A stretch of DNA of 64,000 nucleotides, from positions 12,178 to 76,177 of the forward strand of contig JAJXTN010000004.1 in NCBI GenBank assembly GCA_021783725.1, given 5' to 3'. This document shows positions 38,633-46,923 of the stretch, one piece after another. The stretch comes from a bacterium (GTDB taxonomy: Bacteria > Patescibacteriota > Saccharimonadia > Saccharimonadales > UBA4665). Position numbers and translations under genes: made by a program. The notes under the pieces are model-generated. The model saw only the letters and a program-made list of their open reading frames with translations, searched no databases and was not told the DNA's origin. The number at the start of each line of letters is the position of its first letter. Within the stretch, counting starts at the first letter, position 1.

Positions 38633-38815
38633 CTAGTGAAAGTGCAAAACCCAAGTCATTATTGAATAGAACAGGAACATCGCCATTAGAAAGGCCATGC
38701 CAACCAAAAACCACACACTTTGTCCATTTTTATTGCCCAGCCGATGGCTCATTTTGCTATAGACAAAGCCGGCTACCCCAAGCCCAAAAAAAACTGCGAA
38801 AAGCATATTATTCAT
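38633..38815 (-). CDS. Small 2-TM membrane protein
   Basis: 60 aa, two hydrophobic helices, co-oriented with neighbours. Confidence 0.65.
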   Translation of the reverse strand: MNNMLFAVFFGLGVAGFVYSKMSHRLGNKNGQSVWFLVGMAFLMAMFLFYSIMTWVLHFH

Positions 38816-38829
38816 CTATTAATTGTATC

Positions 38830-39225
38830 CTAGAAAGCTAATTTAGTGACCATTTCATTGAGTTCGGCGAAGTTTGGCTCAGCCGACATATCTGGTTGTC
38901 GACGAAATTCATCAACTGTCGAGAAGGGAACTAGATGAACGTGAGCATGTGGTACGTCGACGCCAACGATTTGTTCGCCGATATAAGGCACTTTCAGAAC
39001 CGTTCGAAGGTGAATCGCGACTTTCTTGGCCGTTGCCAAAACTGCCTGATAAGTGACGTCATCAAGATCCCAGACGAATTCTACCTGTTGTTTGGGTACT
39101 ACCAAGACATGGCCGGGCTGGATTGGATGAATATCCAGAAAAGCTAGCGTCAGCTCATCTTCATAAACCTTAAAACAGGGGATTTCTCCTTTAATAATCT
39201 TAGTGAACACACTGTCTTCAACCAT
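38830..39225 (-). CDS. HIT-family protein
   Basis: SVFTKIIKGEIP, AFLDIHP, GHVLVVPK, VPHAHVHLVP; start MVEDS follows TATAAT-6nt. Confidence 0.93.
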   Translation of the reverse strand: MVEDSVFTKIIKGEIPCFKVYEDELTLAFLDIHPIQPGHVLVVPKQQVEFVWDLDDVTYQAVLATAKKVAIHLRTVLKVPYIGEQIVGVDVPHAHVHLVPFSTVDEFRRQPDMSAEPNFAELNEMVTKLAF

Positions 39226-39354
39226 CCAACAATTATAACAGTGCGGCCATTGCCATGCTTTATTAAATTTATCTGAACTATATCGATTACAGGGTCGCTT
39301 ATGCTTGCTGTTCGATAGCCAGTAGGTCGATATTGATAACTCGAAAGGACTTGC

Positions 39355-42216
39355 TTGAAGCACAAATTCAAAATCAGCCTATTACTATTAGTCGCTTTGG
39401 GTCTGAGCTTTTGGCTGATATTAAATAATCTATTCGTAGCCGCCCTGGTCGCTGATACATCGGTGAATAGCTGGTCATCCCCAAGTATAATCGCTACAAA
39501 GCTACTCGGACCTGCCACCACCAGTCTGAATCACCCCAATCTATATCCGAATGTTGACTGCAGCCAAATAAGTTATCGACGGGCGAGCGATAGCTCGATT
39601 GAATTAGGCTGTTTCTACCGAACTGCTTACGGTCTGATTGATGCCGATAGTTATATGACAATCTTCAACGGCAGCAGTGAAGCACTGCCAATCATTCCCT
39701 ATAATCCCCAAGAGTTACTGGTCGCTTGGCCAGGTACGGCTGATGTTCTGACCTTAGATAGTGCCCTCAATGAAGGCGTCTACTTGGGCATGTATAAGAA
39801 TATTTACACCTCATTGAAAGATCAAAATGGGCTTTTGGGCGAGATTAATGGCAAGAAAGTCAGTCTAGCCCCCGAATATCGATTCCATGATAGCCATGGC
39901 GCCAATTTGATTATCAACCCTCAGACTATCACTTTCTCGTCTAACAGTAGTTGGTTAGTCGCTGAAACGGTCGGCGGGGCTTTCGTCAGAATCAATCTAG
40001 CTACATTAGACGTGAAGCCATTTGCACCTGCCTTCAGTACTATCAGTAGTTCGTCCTTGTTTGATTCGCATTTGGCGATTAGTTCAAGTGGGCGCTACGT
40101 GGCCATCAGTAACACCGTCGCCGACAGCTTTAAAGTCTATGATTTAGCCAGTTGTCAGACTGGCACCAACTACCAGCTATGTCCGTACTTCGACTATAAA
40201 TCCTACGTTAAATCTAAAATATCCAATTTAACATCTATAAAACAAGTTCGTTTCGTCAACGAGGAGTTGCTTAGTTTCGTCGCCAACACGATTAGCGGGT
40301 CGAACAGTTACCTATTAGCGCCACGCTCGGAGATCACCACGCTTAGCAACTATTTGGCACTGGGCGATTCATACACATCTGGCGAAGGTGCTTTCGACTA
40401 CGTCGACGGCACCGATACAACGGTCAACCATTGTCATCTATCACTGCACTCTTATCCATTGCTGATTAGTGGCCAGTTATTTGGCAATGCTGGTGGTCAT
40501 TCGGTAGCCTGTTCGGGTGCTAGAAGCCAAGATATCCTACCATCCAATCCTGACACTTACTCCGGTCAGATTATCCATGCCAGCCAAACAGCTAAGTTAA
40601 GTTCGCTAGATATTAGTCATCTGTTAAGCGACTACACCCCCGGCAACTTGCCACAATCCGACTTTGTTAGCCAGTATCAACCAGAAGTTTTGACCGTATC
40701 AGTCGGCGGCAATGATATTGGATTCGGTAACATGCTGGTGAACTGCGTAATGCCCCATTGGTCTCGATATACAAGTGATAACGTCTGCTATAACAGCTAC
40801 GAGGATCGGCTAGAGGTTATAAAATTGATCGACCGAACCGTTCCAACGTGGACCAATATATTCAAACAACTTCAAGCTAAATCGCCGTTAAGCCAAATAT
40901 ATGCCATTGGCTACCCCCAAATCGCCTACGACAAAGGACAATGCGCACTTAACGTTCAATTAAACAAAAGTGAGCTGGAGTTCTCGGCGGAAATTATCGC
41001 TTATCTTAACGGTGCCATTCAGCAGTCGGCCAAACTGGCCGCTATCAGCTATGTCGATATTGCTGATGCTTTATATGGTTATCGGTTATGCGAGAACGCT
41101 AGCTACAACACAGCCGTCAATGGACTAACGGCCGGCAAAGACAACGGATTGTTTGGCTTAAAAATATTGGGTAGGGAGAGCTACCACCCCACTGCTTTTG
41201 GACATTATCTTATTGAATCGACTATTTTGAGACGAACCAATAATTTTCGCTCGCCAATCAGCCCAGAATCGATCATTAATTCCAGCCAAAGCCTGCTCAA
41301 CAGCCCCAAAAGTGGACGAACTGTTCAAACTATCATTCCTGCAACCACCATCTTGCCAGAGATAGTCAACCCCAATACCAGTTATCCAATAGCTATTGAT
41401 GGCCAAACTAATGGTCTGAGACCAGCGACTATATATATGATTGAACTAGACCGACTGACTTCTGGTCAGGCAACCACTGTCATCACCGATTCACTGGGTA
41501 ACATCACTACGACATTTGTCCTACCAGCGGCTAACAGCGGTCCGCATACTGTCGATATCCTTGGCACTAACCAATCAGGTGATTCAATAGACATCACTCA
41601 ACCTATATATGTCACTGCCGGTAGTCTGGATAGCGATGGAGATAGCCTACCGGATACAACCGATTCTTGCCCATTAGCCCGAAACTCTGGCATCGACAGT
41701 GACAATGACGGTATCGATGATATCTGCGACGCCTATATTGGACCAACCTCATCAACTTCAGGCACTACGCCAGTCGGCAGCTCACCACCCGCCACCATTA
41801 CTACAGCCAACGATACAACAACCAGTAATATACCGATTAACCCTATGCCCTCAACCAACCCAGAACCACTAAGCTCATCATCTATAACTGGTAGCCTTGA
41901 GTCGCCTACAAGTGTTACGTCCAAATTGCGCTCACCGTTGTCGACCCGCCAGATTACACCTATCAAAACACCATCGAATAATTTAAATACAGCTTCAACA
42001 ATTGCCCCGAAGCCGATTTCATCTAATAAATTAATCAAAAATCTGATACCGCCGTCCGTGAAACACATCACCATGAGTAGCTGGTTGATCTATACAGTCT
42101 GGATTTCTACCTATCTGGTAGGCCTATTGCTCGGGCTTTGGGTAGCTTACCGAATTATTGCCTACGCCAGACGACGATCACACCGCAATAGACCGAGACA
42201 ACTAGCTATGGGGTAG
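39355..42216 (+). CDS. Large surface-anchored SGNH/GDSL lipase/esterase with TSP3-like Ca-binding repeats, Ser/Thr/Pro stalk and C-terminal TM
   Basis: YLALGDSYTSGEG (block I), VACSGA, SVGGNDIGF (block III), ESYHPT (block V), DSDGDSLPDTTDSCP...DSDNDGIDDICD. Confidence 0.85.
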   Translation: MKHKFKISLLLLVALGLSFWLILNNLFVAALVADTSVNSWSSPSIIATKLLGPATTSLNHPNLYPNVDCSQISYRRASDSSIELGCFYRTAYGLIDADSYMTIFNGSSEALPIIPYNPQELLVAWPGTADVLTLDSALNEGVYLGMYKNIYTSLKDQNGLLGEINGKKVSLAPEYRFHDSHGANLIINPQTITFSSNSSWLVAETVGGAFVRINLATLDVKPFAPAFSTISSSSLFDSHLAISSSGRYVAISNTVADSFKVYDLASCQTGTNYQLCPYFDYKSYVKSKISNLTSIKQVRFVNEELLSFVANTISGSNSYLLAPRSEITTLSNYLALGDSYTSGEGAFDYVDGTDTTVNHCHLSLHSYPLLISGQLFGNAGGHSVACSGARSQDILPSNPDTYSGQIIHASQTAKLSSLDISHLLSDYTPGNLPQSDFVSQYQPEVLTVSVGGNDIGFGNMLVNCVMPHWSRYTSDNVCYNSYEDRLEVIKLIDRTVPTWTNIFKQLQAKSPLSQIYAIGYPQIAYDKGQCALNVQLNKSELEFSAEIIAYLNGAIQQSAKLAAISYVDIADALYGYRLCENASYNTAVNGLTAGKDNGLFGLKILGRESYHPTAFGHYLIESTILRRTNNFRSPISPESIINSSQSLLNSPKSGRTVQTIIPATTILPEIVNPNTSYPIAIDGQTNGLRPATIYMIELDRLTSGQATTVITDSLGNITTTFVLPAANSGPHTVDILGTNQSGDSIDITQPIYVTAGSLDSDGDSLPDTTDSCPLARNSGIDSDNDGIDDICDAYIGPTSSTSGTTPVGSSPPATITTANDTTTSNIPINPMPSTNPEPLSSSSITGSLESPTSVTSKLRSPLSTRQITPIKTPSNNLNTASTIAPKPISSNKLIKNLIPPSVKHITMSSWLIYTVWISTYLVGLLLGLWVAYRIIAYARRRSHRNRPRQLAMG

Positions 42217-42223
42217 GGAATAG

Positions 42224-42484
42224 TTACTTGGTTTTGGGTGGAATGTAGGGGTGCTCGCGATTGTATGGAATCAAGACGACCAAGAAATAGATTGCGGCAC
42301 CGATTAAAGGTAGTAGGATTATCGCCGCCAACCACAGCCAACGATGCTTGACGTCTTGATGCTGTAATACGTGAATGATGCTCAAAACCATCAAAACTAG
42401 CGTCACGCTGACAGCCAGCATCGTAATCGCCCACATAATCATAAAAGTGCCGACAAGCCCATTGGTATTTACGGTCGCATACAT
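42224..42484 (-). CDS. PLDc_N-type small membrane protein
   Basis: RWLWLAAIILLPLIGAAIYFL motif. Confidence 0.8.
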   Translation of the reverse strand: MYATVNTNGLVGTFMIMWAITMLAVSVTLVLMVLSIIHVLQHQDVKHRWLWLAAIILLPLIGAAIYFLVVLIPYNREHPYIPPKTK

Positions 42485-42574
42485 TTATATAGTGTAACCC
42501 AGTAACAGGGCATGTGGAAAAATGCTTGAATAAATTTAGTATTGTATTTTACGGCTTTCGACTACAATGAGTTC

Positions 42575-43753
42575 ATGCTTTGGATTCGAAATGGAGTTGT
42601 TTACTTTCTGTCGGTAATTTTGTTCCTGTGTTTGCTAGCTGGCGCGGCTGCTACCAGTATTAATATTGCTGGTGCTCATCCCGACAAAATCGAATCTTGG
42701 CTATCACAAAGTGGCCTGTACACCAGCATCGTCAACACAGCAATCAAACAAGCTCAAACCTCTACTAATTCCAACGGTAACAGTGGTGTTTTGCTAAGCG
42801 ATCCAGCAGTCCAACAAGCCGCCAAAACAGCCTTCACGACCGATTTATTACGAACCAGCGTTAATACCATCATCAACAGTAATTACGCCTGGCTAGAAGG
42901 CAAAACCGCCAAACCGCTTTTCTCAGTCGATTTAACAACCGCCAAACAGACATTCGCTCAACTTATCGGCGACAGCGTCACTAAACGTTTAGCCAGTTTA
43001 CCGGTTTGCACTCTAGCCCAAGCTGTTAGTCTAAAAAATTATGATCCGTTAACTGTTTTCTGTCGTCCAGCAATTCTCGACCCAACTACCGCCGGGACAA
43101 CCGTCACTAATCAAATATTGACCAGTGACGGTTTCTTGAGCAACCCAGTCATTACCGCCGATACCATCGATCCTAACACTGGCACCAATGGTAGCGAAGC
43201 TTATTATGTTAGGTTCTCCTATGCGCCCAAGGTCTATCAGTCAGCCACCAAGCTACCATTCGCTATCGGCGCCTTAGGTTTGTTATGTGCTGTCGGCGTG
43301 ATATTCATATCGGCCCGTAAGCGCAAAGGCCTCCACCGCGTCGGCCTAGTGTTGACCTACGCCGGTATAATCCTGATTACAACTCGTTTTGTATCCGATT
43401 ACGTTCTAAAACAGATTGAAAAACAAGTATTCAACAACTCCTCAACTGGGGATTTGCAACAATCACTAACGGCTTTTGCGCATCTAGTTGAAAATCAATT
43501 AGTAAAAATTAACATGTACTTCGGTATCGCTTACCTTGCTCTAGCCGCCTTAATATTCATCACGCTAATGATCGTTAAAGGCAATAAAGTCAAAACACCG
43601 CAGACCGTTAAGTCCAGCGACAACAGCCAAGCTCCAGCCGAACCACCAGCTTCATCAACCGACAGCGTTACGGCCACAACAACTAATCCAGCAACGCCAG
43701 TTTATAAATCACCTACTAAACCCAAATCCAACAAACCCCGTTTGATTCAATAA
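42575..43753 (+). CDS. Hypothetical multi-pass membrane protein
   Basis: N-terminal TM, large extracellular loop with a Cys pair, three C-terminal TMs, Pro/Thr tail; start follows TACAAT-6nt. Confidence 0.8.
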   Translation: MLWIRNGVVYFLSVILFLCLLAGAAATSINIAGAHPDKIESWLSQSGLYTSIVNTAIKQAQTSTNSNGNSGVLLSDPAVQQAAKTAFTTDLLRTSVNTIINSNYAWLEGKTAKPLFSVDLTTAKQTFAQLIGDSVTKRLASLPVCTLAQAVSLKNYDPLTVFCRPAILDPTTAGTTVTNQILTSDGFLSNPVITADTIDPNTGTNGSEAYYVRFSYAPKVYQSATKLPFAIGALGLLCAVGVIFISARKRKGLHRVGLVLTYAGIILITTRFVSDYVLKQIEKQVFNNSSTGDLQQSLTAFAHLVENQLVKINMYFGIAYLALAALIFITLMIVKGNKVKTPQTVKSSDNSQAPAEPPASSTDSVTATTTNPATPVYKSPTKPKSNKPRLIQ

Positions 43754-43813
43754 TTAGCTACTGACCAATCGTGCTCAGCCAAGCAATTTCTCTAATAATC
43801 TAAGGCTCATATT

Positions 43814-43832
43814 TTGGTGTACCCGACAGGAT
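43814..43832 (-). repeat. 19-bp direct repeat of the tRNA-Arg 3' end (att-like)
   Basis: TTGGTGTACCCGACAGGAT identical to 43994-44012. Confidence 0.85.
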
Positions 43833-43955
43833 GCGCTTCGCTTGCACGGCAATCTCTTATCGGAGCAAGCTCCTGCACGTTCATGCCTGTACGTACCAAC
43901 GACTATGGTATTTTCTTGCAGAAAATCCCTGTCGTAGAACCCAATTCTAACGAGT

Positions 43956-43998
43956 ACCAATACAAAAACTCCACCTTAAGTGGAGTTCATGTATTGGT
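43956..43998 (-). terminator. Terminator hairpin of tRNA-Arg
   Basis: ACCAATACA-AAAACTCCAC/GTGGAGTT-ca-TGTATTGGT. Confidence 0.65.
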
Positions 43999-44071
43999 GT
44001 ACCCGACAGGATTCGAACCTACGACCTTCGGCTCCGCAAGCCGACGCTCTATCCAGCTGAGCTACGGGTAC
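43995..44071 (-). tRNA. tRNA-Arg (anticodon GCG)
   Basis: GTACCCGTAGCTCAGCTGGATAGAGCG-TCGGC-TTGCGGA-GCCGA-AGGTCGTAGGTTCGAATCCTGTCGGGTACACCA; 77 nt, CCA encoded. Confidence 0.95.
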
Positions 44072-44312
44072 TCGTCGAAACTTACGTCTCTGTCTCGTTT
44101 TGCCTAGCAGGCAAATGCTTCGATCAGAGACTATGTTCCTCCTCTCAAATTCACATTCAGTCGCGTACGCTCCTTGGATTGTGAATTTGGGTAATCGCAA
44201 ATTGCAACAGGGGTAATTCTAGCATGTTTGAGGTGTTAATGCTAGCCTGCAAGAGCTTTAATAATTTATTACGGTCAAATATGTCGTTTAACTGATAAAA
44301 TATGTTGGTCGC

Positions 44313-44392
44313 GGAGAGGTGACCGAGTGGTTGAAGGTGCTACTCTCGACGCCAGTCAAGCCGATTCGGCTTGACCAGGTAGCGAAAGAGTA
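44313..44392 (+). pseudogene. tRNA-Ser-like 5' fragment interrupted at the CGA anticodon by a palindromic insert
   Basis: GGAGAGGTGACCGAGTGGTTGAAGGTGCTACTCTCGA, then an insert containing GTCAAGCCGATTCGGCTTGAC, then CGAAAGAGTA; no T-arm or 3' acceptor strand. Confidence 0.7.
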
Positions 44393-44427
44393 CAATTTAT
44401 TCACTCGTTCGCGTTAAAGAAGTGTAT

Positions 44428-44517
44428 GGAGAGGTGCAAGAGTGGTTGAATTGGACGGTCTCGAAAACCGTTGTGCCAGCAATGGTACCGAGGGTTCGAA
44501 TCCCTCCTTCTCCGCCA
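44428..44517 (+). tRNA. tRNA-Ser (anticodon CGA)
   Basis: GGAGAGG...ACGGT-CTCGAAA-ACCGT, long variable arm, GGGTTCGAATCCC, ends CCGCCA. Confidence 0.96.
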
Positions 44518-44520
44518 AAT

Positions 44521-44551
44521 TAAAAACACTCAGCTTGCCTGGGTGTTTTTA
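44521..44551 (+). terminator. Terminator after tRNA-Ser(CGA)
   Basis: TAAAAACACTCAG-cttgc-CTGGGTGTTTTTA. Confidence 0.75.
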
Positions 44552-44725
44552 TATTGACTGATAGGGATTGGTGATAATCATCTAGGGTTCGGCGAATGAA
44601 AAGCGCAGTTGATAGACTGCTTGCAAACTATCAACGAGCATCGCAAGAAGGAGTGTGGCGCAGACGCGCGATATCCGTCCTTCTGATATGTAAGAACGGG
44701 CTTTTTTTAATGTAGCCAATCCCTG

Positions 44726-45538
44726 TTAGGGATTGTTTCTCAGAAATGTACTGATGGCCGCGGACACTTGTCCGCTCATAACCAAATTATTCCAATAAAT
44801 CACTTGTGAACTTTTGTGGGTGGCGACTTGAGCTGGGTCAACCTTCATTAAACTGACTGAGTTGTTGGCGCTAGACTTCAGAGTAAATACTACTGTGCTC
44901 GCCGAGAATAATGGATCAGTGGTAATTGATTGCAGTTTGGCGAAATAAACTGTGCCGTCATTGAAAAATACCGCTTGATATTGACCAGTCTTAATATATT
45001 TGTCGATCGAAGCCGATGGGTAGGCATCGCTTACAGTTGGGGCAGGGGTAGCCTTGTTGGAAGCGATGATTGCAGAATAGATCTTATCGGTTGAAGCTAG
45101 CGGGGTAACCGTCGCCACACTCGCTAGATTGATATACATAGCTGATTCCGGAGCGTGTAACTCCTTACCCAATAACACTATCGTGCCACTACTGGTTGCA
45201 TAATATGCCGGAGTGAGACGAATGTAGCTATCGTTAATCTTTTGAACTTTGCCATAATAGACATTGCCAGTAGATAGGTTGCTACCCGTGAGCGTTACTG
45301 AATAATAGTCAGATTTCTGTATTGGCGTGCCTTTAATCGTAACTGGCTGAGCGGTTTTTACAGTACTGGCCGAATTACTAATTTTGGATGCTGATGCATG
45401 ACTAGATACTGAAGCTGTAGTTTTAGCCTTAATTGAACCGTTATTATACACAAACCAGCCAATCGACGAGATTGAAAGTATGATAGCTAAAATTATAAAT
45501 GTTTCAATTAACCCGAACCCTTTTTGATTATTCTTCAT
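44726..45538 (-). CDS. Type IV prepilin-like protein with Ser/Thr-rich linker and two related small beta domains
   Basis: MKNNQKG|FGLIETFIILAII class III signal peptide (G-F, E5); YYSVTL..GNVYYGKV and YQAVFFNDGTVYFAKL repeats. Confidence 0.75.
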   Translation of the reverse strand: MKNNQKGFGLIETFIILAIILSISSIGWFVYNNGSIKAKTTASVSSHASASKISNSASTVKTAQPVTIKGTPIQKSDYYSVTLTGSNLSTGNVYYGKVQKINDSYIRLTPAYYATSSGTIVLLGKELHAPESAMYINLASVATVTPLASTDKIYSAIIASNKATPAPTVSDAYPSASIDKYIKTGQYQAVFFNDGTVYFAKLQSITTDPLFSASTVVFTLKSSANNSVSLMKVDPAQVATHKSSQVIYWNNLVMSGQVSAAISTFLRNNP

Positions 45539-45584
45539 ACCAGCCAGTATAAACAATTATTTCGTATTGTCCATAACGCTTATC

Positions 45585-46355
45585 CTAAAAAGTATATCGC
45601 CGTCTCGACCGATTTACGGCAATCCGCACATGATCCGAGACACTCCTCAAAGCAATTCTAAATACACCGTCAGTATGTGTGCTGTATGGCATGTGGGTAT
45701 AGTCATCTATACGTACTGCTTTTATTTTTAATTTGTTTGCCTGAGCAATTGCCAAAATTTCCAAATCAAAACCCCAGCCGAGAATAGTTAACTTCGAAAA
45801 ACAAAGTTGAGCGGCTGGAGCAGTAAACATTTTGAAGCCACACTGAGTGTCCTCAACCTTCATTCCTCCAGCTAAACGATACAACGAGTTGCCAAAACTA
45901 GAATACAGCGACCTAAATTTATTCGTACGATATACTCGAAGATTACGAGTACCAATCACCACATCAGCGTCTCGAGTGCACTCATTATAGAATGTTTTAA
46001 GATGTCGCAGTGGTGTAGCCAGATCGGCATCCATAAAGATAATTATGCTACCGGCTGCGCGTTGTACGCCGTACTGCACATCACGGCCTTTACCAACCAC
46101 CGCACCTGGCTTTAATAATCTAAGATGACGGAACCGAGATTGCTTCTCTAAAACAATTTCGTACGTGCGATCAGAGCTGTCAGCAGCTACGATGAGCACT
46201 TCGACTGTCTTATTTTTGAAAAAACTATCGTGCTTTAGGAAATATGCAAGTTCATCAAGTGTCTTGCCAATGCGTTTCTCCTCATGAAGCGCTGGGATAA
46301 TGATCGATATGTCAGGCTGTTTCTGTACTGAGATCTTCGATGATTTCATTGCCAT
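45585..46355 (-). CDS. GT2 polyprenyl-phosphate glycosyltransferase (DPM/DPG-synthase, GtrB-like)
   Basis: ISIIIPALHEE, GKGRDV, FMDADL, DTQCGFKMF, WGFDLEIL. Confidence 0.92.
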   Translation of the reverse strand: MAMKSSKISVQKQPDISIIIPALHEEKRIGKTLDELAYFLKHDSFFKNKTVEVLIVAADSSDRTYEIVLEKQSRFRHLRLLKPGAVVGKGRDVQYGVQRAAGSIIIFMDADLATPLRHLKTFYNECTRDADVVIGTRNLRVYRTNKFRSLYSSFGNSLYRLAGGMKVEDTQCGFKMFTAPAAQLCFSKLTILGWGFDLEILAIAQANKLKIKAVRIDDYTHMPYSTHTDGVFRIALRSVSDHVRIAVNRSRRRYTF

Positions 46356-46821
46356 GCCTCTTACCGTTAAAAACGAATATCCTGTAGCCATTATAATTCC
46401 AAAACATTACGGCCAGTGATGCGATGACGTTGCTTAGATTTACGTTAACGAAGCTATCGCTTAAACGTAGGCCAAGGCCTCTTTGTATTACACCCGCTAT
46501 GCCTGCTTCATGATGATTCAATAAAACAATGCAGAGTGCATAAACCGAATTCTGTATCAAAAAGACACCCAAGACCGATACGACCATGAACTGGGGTAGT
46601 TTCTTGATTGGGCGCTCTTTATCAGAAAATACAAAGTTGCGATTTAGAATAAAACTAACTGTAATGGCACAAGAGGTAGCGATAACAATTGAGATAATCT
46701 TATTCTGATGCAGTCCATAATACATAAAATTAAGAACTGCAAAGTTTGTTATGGTATTGACGGCGCCAGCAATAGTAAATCGGGTTACTCGAGAAGCCAC
46801 TAAACGTTTGGCGTATTTCAT
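46312..46821 (-). CDS. GtrA-family putative lipid-sugar flippase
   Basis: RFTIAGAVNT, SFILNRNFVF, FWNYNGYRIFVF. Confidence 0.9.
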   Translation of the reverse strand: MKYAKRLVASRVTRFTIAGAVNTITNFAVLNFMYYGLHQNKIISIVIATSCAITVSFILNRNFVFSDKERPIKKLPQFMVVSVLGVFLIQNSVYALCIVLLNHHEAGIAGVIQRGLGLRLSDSFVNVNLSNVIASLAVMFWNYNGYRIFVFNGKRHGNEIIEDLSTETA

Positions 46822-46923
46822 AATTGAAGCTCCTGATGACAGTATACCTTCGTTTGTCGGCATTAAGCATTATTGATAAGATTGGTGTTAAGGTATTGCT
46901 TAAGATGTGAAGTTACTTTAATT

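Noticed and set aside
43814..44012. Prophage or integrative element at tRNA-Arg
   Set aside because: The direct repeats enclose only ~160 nt; no integrase or phage genes nearby. Kept only as a relic.
44350..44427. Self-splicing intron in a tRNA-Ser anticodon loop
   Set aside because: Insert is ~35 nt, far too short for group I/II, and no matching 3' tRNA half follows; the downstream tRNA is complete by itself.
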